DNA of 64,000 nt from Candidatus Aenigmatarchaeota archaeon. GTDB lineage: Archaea; Aenigmatarchaeota; Aenigmatarchaeia; CG10238-14; SCSR01. The notes beneath the pieces were generated by a model. That model saw only the letters and a list, made by a program, of their open reading frames with translations, was not told the origin of the DNA and ran no database searches. The DNA lies in the NCBI GenBank assembly GCA_030615205.1, contig JAUWZS010000001.1, positions 209,492 through 273,491 of the forward strand, read 5' to 3'. The position numbers and the translations under genes are program-made. Positions 45,901 to 54,809 of this stretch are shown in pieces (the stretch's first letter is position 1; each line of letters opens with the position of its first letter).

Positions 45901-48099
45901 GTGATTATTGTGGAAACAGGTAAAACCAGAAACATCAAAAAAATTCTATCCGTCCGACAGGAGACCATTGTAAATATAATAGTACTAATTGCAATTTTTA
46001 TTTTCCTACTCAGTTACTTTAAGCCTAGTCTGATTTTGTTAGATACAACAACTGCTGGCGGAGATACAGCAACACATAACTATCCAGCAAAATATATGCA
46101 TGAATATTTAATACCACATGGAAAAATTATTGGCTGGTCTCCAGGATGGTATGCTGGTCTTCCACTCTTTCAGTTTTATTTCCCGCTATCTTTTGTAATG
46201 ATGGAAGCATTTGCATTATTTACGAGTATTGAAGTGGCATTCAAGATTATTACTGTGTTAGGCACGTTCATGCTGTCTGTGTGTGCTCTAATTGCTATGA
46301 AGCTTATGAGGTTCAAATTTCCGATACCTGCGCTTGCTGCAGTTTTTACTCTGCCCTTCCTTTTTATGGAAGCGAATTCTATGTGGGGTGGCAACATTCC
46401 GTCTACTCTTGCCGGTGAATTCTCTTTTAGTTTTAGCTTCGCTATTACTCTTGTGTTTTTAGGGTTACTGTACAGGGGGATAAACGCAAACAACTTTGAC
46501 TCAAATAAATCTAATCGTGAATCTCAGTCTCAATTAAAGAAATTCATATTGCATAATGCTGTTCTTTTCGCTGCGATAATTCTTTCACATCTTTATACAA
46601 TGCTTTTTGCAGGTCTGACTTCATTGTTCTTTTTGCTACAGCGGAAAACTAAAAACATTATTAAGAATTTTTTATATCTTTTCAAAACCTATGGACTTGC
46701 TTTGATGCTTATTGCTTTTTGGCTGTTGCCGCTACTCGCACGTTTAGAATATACCACTACTTATAATTACGTTTGGAAAATAGGAGATTGGAGGAAAGTA
46801 TTTCCAGATATACTAATGCCTTTTTACACAATTGCCGCATTATCATTTGCATGGGCTGTATGGAAGAAGGACAATAGAATTATTTTTATAGCATTTTCCC
46901 TCCTAGTGGCTTCTATGCTTTTTCTCACTGCTAATAAAATTGGTGTAGTTGACATACGTTTCGTTCCATTCATTCAATTCTTTCCTTTGTTAATCGCAGC
47001 ATATGGTATCGGTAAATTGTTCGAGCGCATATGCGACAAAATAAGAGGAAATAGAGTGAAGATGACAAAGCTTTTACAAATACTACTGCCGATTATAGCT
47101 CTGGTCGTTGTTATAATCTGGGTTGATAATAATGTTACTTACATAGATTTTTGGATAAAATGGAACTATGAAGGTTTTGAAAACAAAGGTTTATGGGATG
47201 TGTACTCAAATGTAAATGAATTCTTACAGGGTTCATCCAATGATCCAAGAGTGGTTTACGAGCATTCGCCACTGCATGATTCTGCTGGTAGTCTTCGTGC
47301 TTATGAAAATCTCCCGCTATTTTCCGGCCGTTCGACACTAGAAGGGCTTTATATGCAATCGACCCCTACGTCACCTTTTGTCTTTTACATACAATCACAA
47401 GTCTCTAAGGTTTCCTCTTGCCCACTCCCAGGCTATAGGTGCACAGTGATGAATGTCACGCGCGCTGCTCCTCGCCTACGGATGTTCAATGTTAAGCATG
47501 TAATAGCAAGAACAGACGAAGCGATAGATGCATATAATGCAGATAGCGAAAATTACAAACATGTCAAATCAATTGACCCGTATGAAATTTTCGAGTTGCG
47601 AGGCGAGTACGCATATGTTATTGTACCAGAGTACGAACCAGTGTTTTTTGAGACTGATGATTGGAAAGCGACCGCTTACGGATGGTTTAAGAATGAGCAA
47701 GCGTTAGATGTACATTTAGTTTTCGATTCGGCATTGGAAAATAAGCTCCTGGCTGCAGGCGATTTGAACAATTTACCAATGACGAAAATAGAAAATGATT
47801 GTTCGATCGAGGAGTATGTATACAATGATGAAGTCAGATTCAACACAACATGCATAGGCAAACCGCATATAATAAAAATCTCCTATTATCCGAATTGGCA
47901 CGTAGAAGGCGCTGACAGAATTTATCTTATATCACCTTCATTCATGTTAGTCTATCCGGAACAAAGGAGCGTGAAGCTGTATTACGGAAAAAGTTTAATT
48001 GATCAAGCCAGTGAAATAGTTTCCTATTCAGCTGTTCTAATAATAGTTTTTGCTATTTTTTCACGGAACCAGAAGATCAAAAGATTTTTTAGCCTATAG
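45901..48099 (+). CDS. polytopic membrane protein, COG5617/PTPS-related-like (putative GT-C-type glycosyltransferase)
   Basis: GTG start. About 12 TMs, then a ~300-aa soluble domain. GWSPGWYAGLPLFQFYFPL resembles the signature of that family (from memory). There is no WWDYG motif, so it is not a canonical AglB. Confidence 0.4.
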   Translation: MIIVETGKTRNIKKILSVRQETIVNIIVLIAIFIFLLSYFKPSLILLDTTTAGGDTATHNYPAKYMHEYLIPHGKIIGWSPGWYAGLPLFQFYFPLSFVMMEAFALFTSIEVAFKIITVLGTFMLSVCALIAMKLMRFKFPIPALAAVFTLPFLFMEANSMWGGNIPSTLAGEFSFSFSFAITLVFLGLLYRGINANNFDSNKSNRESQSQLKKFILHNAVLFAAIILSHLYTMLFAGLTSLFFLLQRKTKNIIKNFLYLFKTYGLALMLIAFWLLPLLARLEYTTTYNYVWKIGDWRKVFPDILMPFYTIAALSFAWAVWKKDNRIIFIAFSLLVASMLFLTANKIGVVDIRFVPFIQFFPLLIAAYGIGKLFERICDKIRGNRVKMTKLLQILLPIIALVVVIIWVDNNVTYIDFWIKWNYEGFENKGLWDVYSNVNEFLQGSSNDPRVVYEHSPLHDSAGSLRAYENLPLFSGRSTLEGLYMQSTPTSPFVFYIQSQVSKVSSCPLPGYRCTVMNVTRAAPRLRMFNVKHVIARTDEAIDAYNADSENYKHVKSIDPYEIFELRGEYAYVIVPEYEPVFFETDDWKATAYGWFKNEQALDVHLVFDSALENKLLAAGDLNNLPMTKIENDCSIEEYVYNDEVRFNTTCIGKPHIIKISYYPNWHVEGADRIYLISPSFMLVYPEQRSVKLYYGKSLIDQASEIVSYSAVLIIVFAIFSRNQKIKRFFSL

Positions 48100-48740
48100 G
48101 GCACTTCATGCCAGAGACTAAACTTGCTCTTCCTTGTGTCGCGACAAGAAGTTTTTATCTCCACGATTTTTTTAATTTTTTGTTTAGCAAAGTAAAGCAG
48201 CGCTATGACATAGAACGAGCCACTGCCTATTTTATTGATCTTATTAATTATCTCATCCTTCCTATAGCCCTTTGCGCCAATAGAATAATCTGAAAAATCT
48301 AAACCAAGAAACAGTTTTGTTAATATTATGTAGGTCTTACTCATCACCCTCCTGTATAGTGGCCTTTCTTGTGAGCTGATTTTCGAGCCGACGACTATAC
48401 TATATCTTTTTAATAAATTAAGACATTTTGGGATAAACTCTAAATCAACAGACAAGTCCATATCCACTGATATCAAATTTTCATAAGATGAAGAAAGAAC
48501 TGCTTTTTTGAATGCTCTACCAACACCTCTTTTTGCTATTCTTATAAATTTTACTTTTTTTGGGAATCGTTTTTCCAACCTACGACCTAGTTTAGGTGTT
48601 TTGTCTGTGGATCCATTATCACATAAAATTATTTCATAACGGACAGGCATTTTATTCAAAAAATCGATTAATATTTTTGTGTTCTTCACCATGGTATCAT
48701 CTTCATTGTAAACTGGAATGATTATGCTTAATTTTTTCAT
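48024..48740 (-). CDS. family 2 glycosyltransferase (dolichyl-phosphate sugar synthase-like)
   Basis: LSIIIPVYNEDD, DNGSTDKT and DMD motifs. Confidence 0.8.
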   Translation of the reverse strand: MKKLSIIIPVYNEDDTMVKNTKILIDFLNKMPVRYEIILCDNGSTDKTPKLGRRLEKRFPKKVKFIRIAKRGVGRAFKKAVLSSSYENLISVDMDLSVDLEFIPKCLNLLKRYSIVVGSKISSQERPLYRRVMSKTYIILTKLFLGLDFSDYSIGAKGYRKDEIINKINKIGSGSFYVIALLYFAKQKIKKIVEIKTSCRDTRKSKFSLWHEVPYRLKNLLIFWFREKIAKTIIRTAE

Positions 48741-48744
48741 TGAA

Positions 48745-49704
48745 TCACTTGCTTTGTTTGGCTCTAAACCAATCTATGGTCTTTTCCAATCCCTTTTCAA
48801 TATCATGCATAGGCGTATATTTTAAAACATTTTTTGCCAATGTTATATCAGCTAGACTGTGTCTGATATCATTGGGTCTTTGTTCGACATGGGTCATCTT
48901 CGAATTACTGCCAATTAGTTCGATTATCTTTTTTGCCAGATCGTTTACACTCACACTTTTACCGAGGCCTATATTGAAAATCTTTCCATCAGCTTTTTCG
49001 CTCTCCATGGCTAAAATATTTGCATCGGTTACATCTTCAATAAAAACAAAATCTCGCGTCTGTTCCCCATCACCATGGATCGGTAAATCAGCGCTGCGCA
49101 AAGCACTAGATATGAATTTTGGTATAACTGCTGAATATTGCGTGGTCATATTTTGTTTTGGTCCATACACATTAAAATACCGCAAGATAACGCTCTTTAG
49201 ACCGTGCTCTTTGAAAAAATTGCTGACCAGAGTTTCGCCTACAATCTTCGATCTGGAATAGGGGTTCTCTGTATCAGTGCGTGACTCTTCATTAACAGGG
49301 ATTTTTCCACTATCACGATTGCCATAAACAGCGCAGGAAGATGCGAATATTACTTTTTTCACACCATTTTTAACAGAGCTGTTCAAGGCCTTTAAAGTTC
49401 CGGAAACATTTGTCTGATACGTTTTCAACGGATTTTTAATACTTTCATTTACATCCACTAACGCAGCCTCGTGGAAAACATAATCTACACCCTTCAACAC
49501 ATCATCCATTTTTTTATCTAGTATAGACGCTTTTACGAATTCAAAATTTTTGTTATTGGAGAACTCTTTTATATTTTCTAATCTTCCTGTCTCCAGATTA
49601 TCTATTACAACAACCGCATGTCCAATTTCTAGGAGCTTTTTAACAAGATTAGAGCCAACGAATCCTGCCCCTCCTGTCACACAAATTCTTGCCATTTTAT
49701 TCAC
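48745..49704 (-). CDS. NAD-dependent nucleotide-sugar epimerase/dehydratase (SDR)
   Basis: VTGGAGFVGSNL, and the catalytic YSRSK (YxxxK). Confidence 0.85.
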   Translation of the reverse strand: MNKMARICVTGGAGFVGSNLVKKLLEIGHAVVVIDNLETGRLENIKEFSNNKNFEFVKASILDKKMDDVLKGVDYVFHEAALVDVNESIKNPLKTYQTNVSGTLKALNSSVKNGVKKVIFASSCAVYGNRDSGKIPVNEESRTDTENPYSRSKIVGETLVSNFFKEHGLKSVILRYFNVYGPKQNMTTQYSAVIPKFISSALRSADLPIHGDGEQTRDFVFIEDVTDANILAMESEKADGKIFNIGLGKSVSVNDLAKKIIELIGSNSKMTHVEQRPNDIRHSLADITLAKNVLKYTPMHDIEKGLEKTIDWFRAKQSK

Positions 49705-49710
49705 TTTTTC

Positions 49711-51072
49711 TTATCTCATATACCTCAGGAAAAGTTTTAATTGTTTTGTGAACAACCTTGGATTTCGCCTTAGCACAGTTATTACATAGCTTGGTCGGAG
49801 ATAGAACTGCAGGTATGCTTTCTTTGCAATTGAACGCAGTTCGTCGTAATTGCGTGATGGGTCGCATAATGGGAAGAATTTTTTTCCGTTGGTAGAGTGA
49901 GCATCGCACGCATTGCCAAATACGGTTCCAGTATAAGGAATTGCGACATGGAACGAAGCATATGTAGGGTTCAGCTTTTTCGCGAACTCTATAGTTTCTT
50001 TTCTCTCGCTCTTGGTCTCGGTCGGCAGCCCGAACATGAAGAAGCACGCAGCCTCTATACCAACGCTCATGGCTGCTTTTACACCTTCTTCAATTCTATC
50101 AAGGCTGGCGCCCTTATTCATAATTTTTATCATCCGATGCGATTCAGATTCCACACCAAAATGGACCAATTTACAACCAGCATCATGCATCTTTTGTAAC
50201 AACTCGCGATCCACTGTGTCTGCGCGCGTCTGGCAACACCAATTCAATCCGTGGCCTTCTTTTCTTTTTTTAACAAGAAAATCACACAACTCAACTACGA
50301 GGCTTCTGTCTACTGTGAACTCAAGATCAATGAAATATACGTTCTTAACACCACTCTTCATGGCATATTCGAGTTCCTTAATACTTTTTTCAACTGGTTT
50401 CTTCCTGTAACCGCTCCCATACATCTTTTTTAGGCAAAAGATGCAGTTGAAAGGGCAACCACGCGATGCCTCGATCAGGGTGAAATCTTTTCCCAAAAGT
50501 TCGTAAAAATATTTTTTCATCGGCAACAAATCGAAAGCTGGCAATGGCAATTCGTTCAAATCTAAAAGCGTATTTTTGCGTTTTATCGAAATCTTGCCGT
50601 CTGCTTTATAACAGACACCATCTATATTCTCTAAACTTTCCATTTCACATATTTCTAAAACCGTTAGTTCAGGCTCGCCGATTATCACTGCATCCGCTTT
50701 TGTGATTTCTAGAACTCTTTTCGGTTCTACTGTTCCATGAGTTCCCATCACGTATAGTTCTGTCTTTGTGTTTTTGCAAGCGGCTTTGACCGATTTGACG
50801 CATTCTATGAACGGGCTTAGATCTATGTACGGGCATTGCCATCTGTCGATTGGGGTTGATGTGATAAAAACTTTTTTTGCATTGCTTAATCGGACGCGCT
50901 CCGATACTTCTTCTGGCTTCAACTGCTCGGCATTCGCGTCTATTATCGATACTTTAAAATTATGCTTTCGCAACAAGGCTGCACAATTAGCCAGTGATAG
51001 AGGTGGCCACACTCTGCTAATTACCTCTTTCTCTGAATACTGCCACGGATTAACAAAAACTATCGAACTCAT
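49711..51072 (-). CDS. B12-binding-domain radical SAM protein
   Basis: N-terminal cobalamin-binding-like domain, then EASRGCPFNCIFC (CxxxCxxC). Confidence 0.8.
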   Translation of the reverse strand: MSSIVFVNPWQYSEKEVISRVWPPLSLANCAALLRKHNFKVSIIDANAEQLKPEEVSERVRLSNAKKVFITSTPIDRWQCPYIDLSPFIECVKSVKAACKNTKTELYVMGTHGTVEPKRVLEITKADAVIIGEPELTVLEICEMESLENIDGVCYKADGKISIKRKNTLLDLNELPLPAFDLLPMKKYFYELLGKDFTLIEASRGCPFNCIFCLKKMYGSGYRKKPVEKSIKELEYAMKSGVKNVYFIDLEFTVDRSLVVELCDFLVKKRKEGHGLNWCCQTRADTVDRELLQKMHDAGCKLVHFGVESESHRMIKIMNKGASLDRIEEGVKAAMSVGIEAACFFMFGLPTETKSERKETIEFAKKLNPTYASFHVAIPYTGTVFGNACDAHSTNGKKFFPLCDPSRNYDELRSIAKKAYLQFYLRPSYVITVLRRNPRLFTKQLKLFLRYMR

Positions 51073-51140
51073 AGTTTATCATATACAGTTTAACTTAATA
51101 ATTTTAAGAAAGTTTTGATCTTGAAGATTTCAAATAAGAA

Positions 51141-51308
51141 TCAACTTCTCAATCCAAATTTTTTTGTATAGTTGAGACAGTTTACGCACAATAAAAACCG
51201 CTTGTTAATTTTCTTTCCGTGCATGTTGCAAATGGGTATCCTACAATTATTGCAAAAACCTATAGCTTTATTATCACAACCTATTAAAACACATTTACTT
51301 TTTCCCAT
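51141..51308 (-). CDS. small Cys-rich zinc-binding protein, 55 aa (below ORF-track cutoff)
   Basis: Own translation: MGKSKCVLIGCDNKAIGFCNNCRIPICNMHGKKINKRFLLCVNCLNYTKKFGLRS. Its Cys spacing is similar to that of the 59-aa ORF at 27313-27492. Confidence 0.4.
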   Translation of the reverse strand: MGKSKCVLIGCDNKAIGFCNNCRIPICNMHGKKINKRFLLCVNCLNYTKKFGLRS

Positions 51309-51406
51309 AATTAGGAGTTATTCTTTTAGTTACTTATTTAACTTACTGTGACTGGTATTCGAGAGCACGAATTAAAGCGTTTTGGGTTGATTTTGAAAAG
51401 GATTTT

Positions 51407-51676
51407 TTACTTCTTGTGAAATTCTTCTGCTTTTTCTTCCATCCGCTTAAGCCTTGTGTAGTAATCTGGAAATTCATTCAAATGTGCCAGGGAAATCTTG
51501 CCAGTCATAAGCGGGTCATCGTTCGTGACATTGGTATTAGGATCCTCTAGGCCATGCTCCAACTCTACATCCATTCCCATTCTAAATTGTTCAATATCAA
51601 ACTTGCTCCAATCTATATTGAGTGCCTTGCCAATCTTTTCAGCTTCTTCAGTTGTGAAATGTTTCTTGGTTGTCAT
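51407..51676 (-). CDS. hypothetical protein (DUF5661-like?)
   Basis: GMDVELEHG...SLAHLNEFPDYY motif. The family name is recalled from memory only. Confidence 0.3.
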   Translation of the reverse strand: MTTKKHFTTEEAEKIGKALNIDWSKFDIEQFRMGMDVELEHGLEDPNTNVTNDDPLMTGKISLAHLNEFPDYYTRLKRMEEKAEEFHKK

Positions 51677-51734
51677 AGTTATGATTGGGTTATTTGAAAA
51701 TAAAAATTTAGGGATTTATTCGATTCTGATTTAA

Positions 51735-52088
51735 TTAGAAAAACTCCTTAACTTTTTCTGTTCCTACTCTTGATTTTTCAAGTGCGTTAAGATAATGCCA
51801 ACCATCTTCAGTAGTTGTATATATTGCTTTTATCTGTCTATCCTTTTTTTCACTTGTATCGCCGCAAAGTCCTTCAAGTTGAAAAACTGGTCTCTTATCC
51901 TTTCCTTTTTTTCCGTAATAAGGGTTTTCCTCTTCATACAAAAAACCAGCGCCTACAAGTGCCTCAAGGTATTTAACAATCTGCAGACCACTAAGGCTAC
52001 ATTTGTGCATAATAGAGGTCTTTGTTTTCCCTTTTCTTGCTTCGGCTAGAACATCTTCTATAATTTTATCTCTTGACCTATATCTCAT
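51735..52088 (-). CDS. winged-helix protein (HTH_45-like)
   Basis: RSRDKIIEDVLAEARKGKTKTSIMHKCSLSGLQIVKYLEALVGAGFL. Confidence 0.5.
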   Translation of the reverse strand: MRYRSRDKIIEDVLAEARKGKTKTSIMHKCSLSGLQIVKYLEALVGAGFLYEEENPYYGKKGKDKRPVFQLEGLCGDTSEKKDRQIKAIYTTTEDGWHYLNALEKSRVGTEKVKEFF

Positions 52089-52124
52089 TTTTTATATAAC
52101 GAATATTAAACTTTTAAACCCTTT

Positions 52125-52187
52125 CCAAAGAACAAATAACTTCTCTGGCTCATTTGATTTGAAGAAAACTTAAAAGACTTAAATTTG
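52125..52187 (+). repeat. copy 1 of ~50-nt conserved intergenic hairpin element
   Basis: ccaaAGAACAAATAACTTCTCTGGCTCATTTGATTTGAAGAAaacttaaaAGACTTAAATTTG. It carries a 9-nt internal duplication relative to copies 2 and 3. Confidence 0.85.
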
Positions 52188-52193
52188 TTTTTT

Positions 52194-52475
52194 ATGGATA
52201 TTATTTCTATGATGAAAGGAAAAAAACATCTAACAGCTCAGACCACAGCACACATGACCGATGAAGAGATTGATCAATATTTGTTAGATCTTTTGCCAAT
52301 GACGCGATCTGAAATCTATGGACAATTTGGGGCCGATTGGAGTGCCGCAAGGAGGACTAAAAAAAGAATTAGAACTCGATTAAACGCTTTAATGGATGAG
52401 GGAATGATATATGCAACGGGTAGGGTTAGTGGTTTAACGTATCATAAGAGAAAAAAACATCAAGAAAGCATTTAA
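52194..52475 (+). CDS. hypothetical protein, possible wHTH
   Basis: The ATG at 52194 is preferred, because the TTG at 52185 lies inside the repeat element. RTRLNALMDEGMIYATGRVSGLTYHK is wing-like. Confidence 0.4.
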   Translation: MDIISMMKGKKHLTAQTTAHMTDEEIDQYLLDLLPMTRSEIYGQFGADWSAARRTKKRIRTRLNALMDEGMIYATGRVSGLTYHKRKKHQESI

Positions 52476-52491
52476 TATTATTTCAATTTTT

Positions 52492-52545
52492 CTCAAAGAA
52501 CAAATAACTTCTTCGGTTCATTTGATTGAAGAAGATTTAAATTTG
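52492..52545 (+). repeat. copy 2 of the conserved intergenic hairpin element
   Basis: ctcaAAGAACAAATAACTTCTTCGGTTCATTTGATTGAAGAAGATTTAAATTTG. Confidence 0.85.
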
Positions 52546-52575
52546 TTATCGTCAATTATAATAACAGATGATTTG

Positions 52576-53703
52576 ATGGTTGATCCCAGAGATATACAAT
52601 TGGCAGAGTTGCTAGTTGATTATTCGATTGAATTGAAACCTGGAGAGAATGTTTGTTTATTAACTGATTCTGTTCAAACTATGCCGTTATTTCGTGAAGT
52701 CTATAGAGCAATAATATTTGCTGGTGGTTATCCGTATCCTCATGTCGAATTAGACCCTCATATAGGATGGGAAGGAATGGATCCTATATGGATGGACTGT
52801 GCTTCTGATGAACAGATAAGACATCTCTCTCAACTTAGACTTGATGAAATGAAAGCTATGGATGCTTATATAAGAATTGGCGGTCCTGCTAACAAATTCG
52901 AGTTGGCTGGTATTGATGAAAAAAGGACTGCCTTAAGGAAGAGAATAACTAAACCCATACTAGATGAAAGATTGGGCAAGAAATGGGTAACTACAAGATA
53001 TCCAGTTCCATCAATGGCCCAGGCAGCGAGGATGTCAACTGTAGATTTTGCTAACTTCTTCTACGGTGCCTGTTTAGTAGATTGGAATGAACAAGAAACA
53101 TTACAAGAAAGGATAAAGAAAAGGCTTGAACAAGGCAAAGTCATAAGAATTCTTGGTGAGGATACTGACCTTTATATTGGTATTGAAGGTAGGAAATTTA
53201 AGAAATCTTTTGGAAAATGCGTATATAACCCAGATACTGGAAAATTTGAAGGCGCCAACATGCCTAGCGGGGAACTGTATTGTGGTCCAGTTGAAGACTT
53301 TACCCATGGCCATATTAAATATACTTATCCTTACAACAAGGATGGAAAGAGGATAGAAGGTATATTCTTAAAGTTTCAACATGGAAAAATTGTTGATTTT
53401 AAAGCTGAAAGAAATGATATGGCTTTAGCGACCCTTTTGAACACAGACCCTGGAGCCAAGCGTTTGGGGGAACTTGGGATCGGGACTAACCCAAATATAA
53501 CAGACTTCATGGACGAATTGTTATTTGATGAAAAAATACTTGGTACAGTACATGTAACACCTGGAAGATCATATAAAGGTTGGGGAAAAAATGAATCAGC
53601 AATACATGCAGATATTGTAAAGGATTTAAGGCCAGAACACGGCGGTGGAGAGATCCAGGTTGATGGTGAAACTATTCAGAAAAATGGAAAATGGGTCTTT
53701 TAA
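52576..53703 (+). CDS. aminopeptidase, M29 (AmpS/PepS) family
   Basis: LAELLVDYSIELKPGENV N-terminus. The ~375-aa length and the GELGIGTN...HVTPG motif are typical of M29. The ATG at 52576 is preferred, because the TTG at 52522 is inside repeat copy 2. Confidence 0.65.
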   Translation: MVDPRDIQLAELLVDYSIELKPGENVCLLTDSVQTMPLFREVYRAIIFAGGYPYPHVELDPHIGWEGMDPIWMDCASDEQIRHLSQLRLDEMKAMDAYIRIGGPANKFELAGIDEKRTALRKRITKPILDERLGKKWVTTRYPVPSMAQAARMSTVDFANFFYGACLVDWNEQETLQERIKKRLEQGKVIRILGEDTDLYIGIEGRKFKKSFGKCVYNPDTGKFEGANMPSGELYCGPVEDFTHGHIKYTYPYNKDGKRIEGIFLKFQHGKIVDFKAERNDMALATLLNTDPGAKRLGELGIGTNPNITDFMDELLFDEKILGTVHVTPGRSYKGWGKNESAIHADIVKDLRPEHGGGEIQVDGETIQKNGKWVF

Positions 53704-53710
53704 TAATTCT

Positions 53711-53764
53711 TCTTAAGAACAAATAACTTCTTTGGCTCATCTGATTTGAAGAAGACTTAAATCT
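53711..53764 (+). repeat. copy 3 of the conserved intergenic hairpin element
   Basis: tcttAAGAACAAATAACTTCTTTGGCTCATCTGATTTGAAGAAGACTTAAATCT. Confidence 0.85.
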
Positions 53765-53796
53765 TTAACCATCTTTATATTTGATAAGATGATACA

Positions 53797-54036
53797 ATGG
53801 CACCAACTGCATATGTTCTGTATAATGCAGACGCTACCAAAAAAGCCCAAAAGGGAGCTTTGGAAGCTGTCAGAAATGTCCAAGGTGTTGAATATGCACA
53901 TCCAACCGACGGGGTCTATGATGGTATTGCAAAAATCACAGAAAATACTATGGATAAATTAAAAGAAAGAACCGCGGCCGTACGTAGACTTGATACAGTA
54001 AGCACGACATTAACGATGATAAAAATAGAAGGGTAA
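53797..54036 (+). CDS. stand-alone Lrp/AsnC-type ligand-binding (RAM) domain protein
   Basis: 79 aa. MAPTAYVLYN...VQGVEYAHPTDGVYDGIAKI...VSTTLTMI fits the beta-alpha-beta-beta-alpha-beta RAM pattern. Confidence 0.5.
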   Translation: MAPTAYVLYNADATKKAQKGALEAVRNVQGVEYAHPTDGVYDGIAKITENTMDKLKERTAAVRRLDTVSTTLTMIKIEG

Positions 54037-54068
54037 TAGTTTTAATTAAAATTTGGTAAAGTGATACA

Positions 54069-54308
54069 ATGGCCCCGAGTGCGTATCTGGTATATAATAC
54101 AGAGATTGGAGCTCAAAACGAAGTTACGGATGATATCAGAAAAGCTAAAGGTGTTGAATACGCACATGCGTTCTATGGTATCTACGATGGCATTGCAAAA
54201 ATTAACGCAGATAGCATGGCTCAATTAAAACTAAGAGTTAATACCATACGTAAAACTGATAAGATGGTATCATCATTAATGATGATAGTAATAGAAGAAC
54301 AGAAATAA
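54069..54308 (+). CDS. stand-alone Lrp/AsnC-type ligand-binding (RAM) domain protein, tandem paralog
   Basis: 79 aa. MAPSAYLVYN...AKGVEYAHAFYGIYDGIAKI. It shares the upstream sequence GATACAATGGC with the preceding gene. Confidence 0.5.
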   Translation: MAPSAYLVYNTEIGAQNEVTDDIRKAKGVEYAHAFYGIYDGIAKINADSMAQLKLRVNTIRKTDKMVSSLMMIVIEEQK

Positions 54309-54311
54309 TTT

Positions 54312-54692
54312 TTACACCAATTCTTTATTCAGCTTTAAGAACGTCAATGTGTTTTTATCTAATTTAATTTTTTCCATTTCGTTTTTAGTTAACCATTTGT
54401 GTGTTTTGGGTAAGATTGAGCCTTTAAAATTTTCGATTAAAAAACTATACCCAATTAGAATACGAGTTTTTTCTTTTCTGAGGAAACTTCCAAGATAATC
54501 TATTTTTTGTTCTGTCAAATCAGCAACAATTTTCAATGCTCTTTTTACAGTATCGTCTAGACTTCCATTCAAATTACCGTCAAATTCTTCGTATGGAAAA
54601 CCCCAAACATTATTTTTATCATGTTTTAACAACAGAAATTTTCCTTCTTTATTTATGGCTACTGTTATGGCTGATACGATTTTCATGAACAT
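54312..54692 (-). CDS. Nudix-fold-like protein with degenerate Nudix box (tentative)
   Basis: AITVAINKEGKFLLLKH...VWGFPYEEF has Nudix-like N-terminal strands, but the REx2EE box is not recognisable. Confidence 0.3.
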   Translation of the reverse strand: MFMKIVSAITVAINKEGKFLLLKHDKNNVWGFPYEEFDGNLNGSLDDTVKRALKIVADLTEQKIDYLGSFLRKEKTRILIGYSFLIENFKGSILPKTHKWLTKNEMEKIKLDKNTLTFLKLNKELV

Positions 54693-54809
54693 ACAGGCCT
54701 TTATAAAATATTTAATTGGAGATAACCACTGTTGGTGGTGAACTGTTAAACCTTACCAACTTTTGAGAGTTGTAAATTATTATCAGAGTAATTTTTTCAA
54801 CCTTGATTT

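Noticed and set aside
45901-48099. Large polytopic membrane protein, considered as the oligosaccharyltransferase AglB/STT3.
   Set aside because: The diagnostic WWDYG motif and the DK/MI motifs are not found. The closest stretch is IKWNYEGF. It is called only a generic GT-C-like/COG5617-like protein.
49697-50047. 116-aa ORF in an alternative frame overlapping the epimerase/radical SAM junction.
   Set aside because: It lies almost entirely inside the B12-radical SAM gene in another frame and has no motifs.
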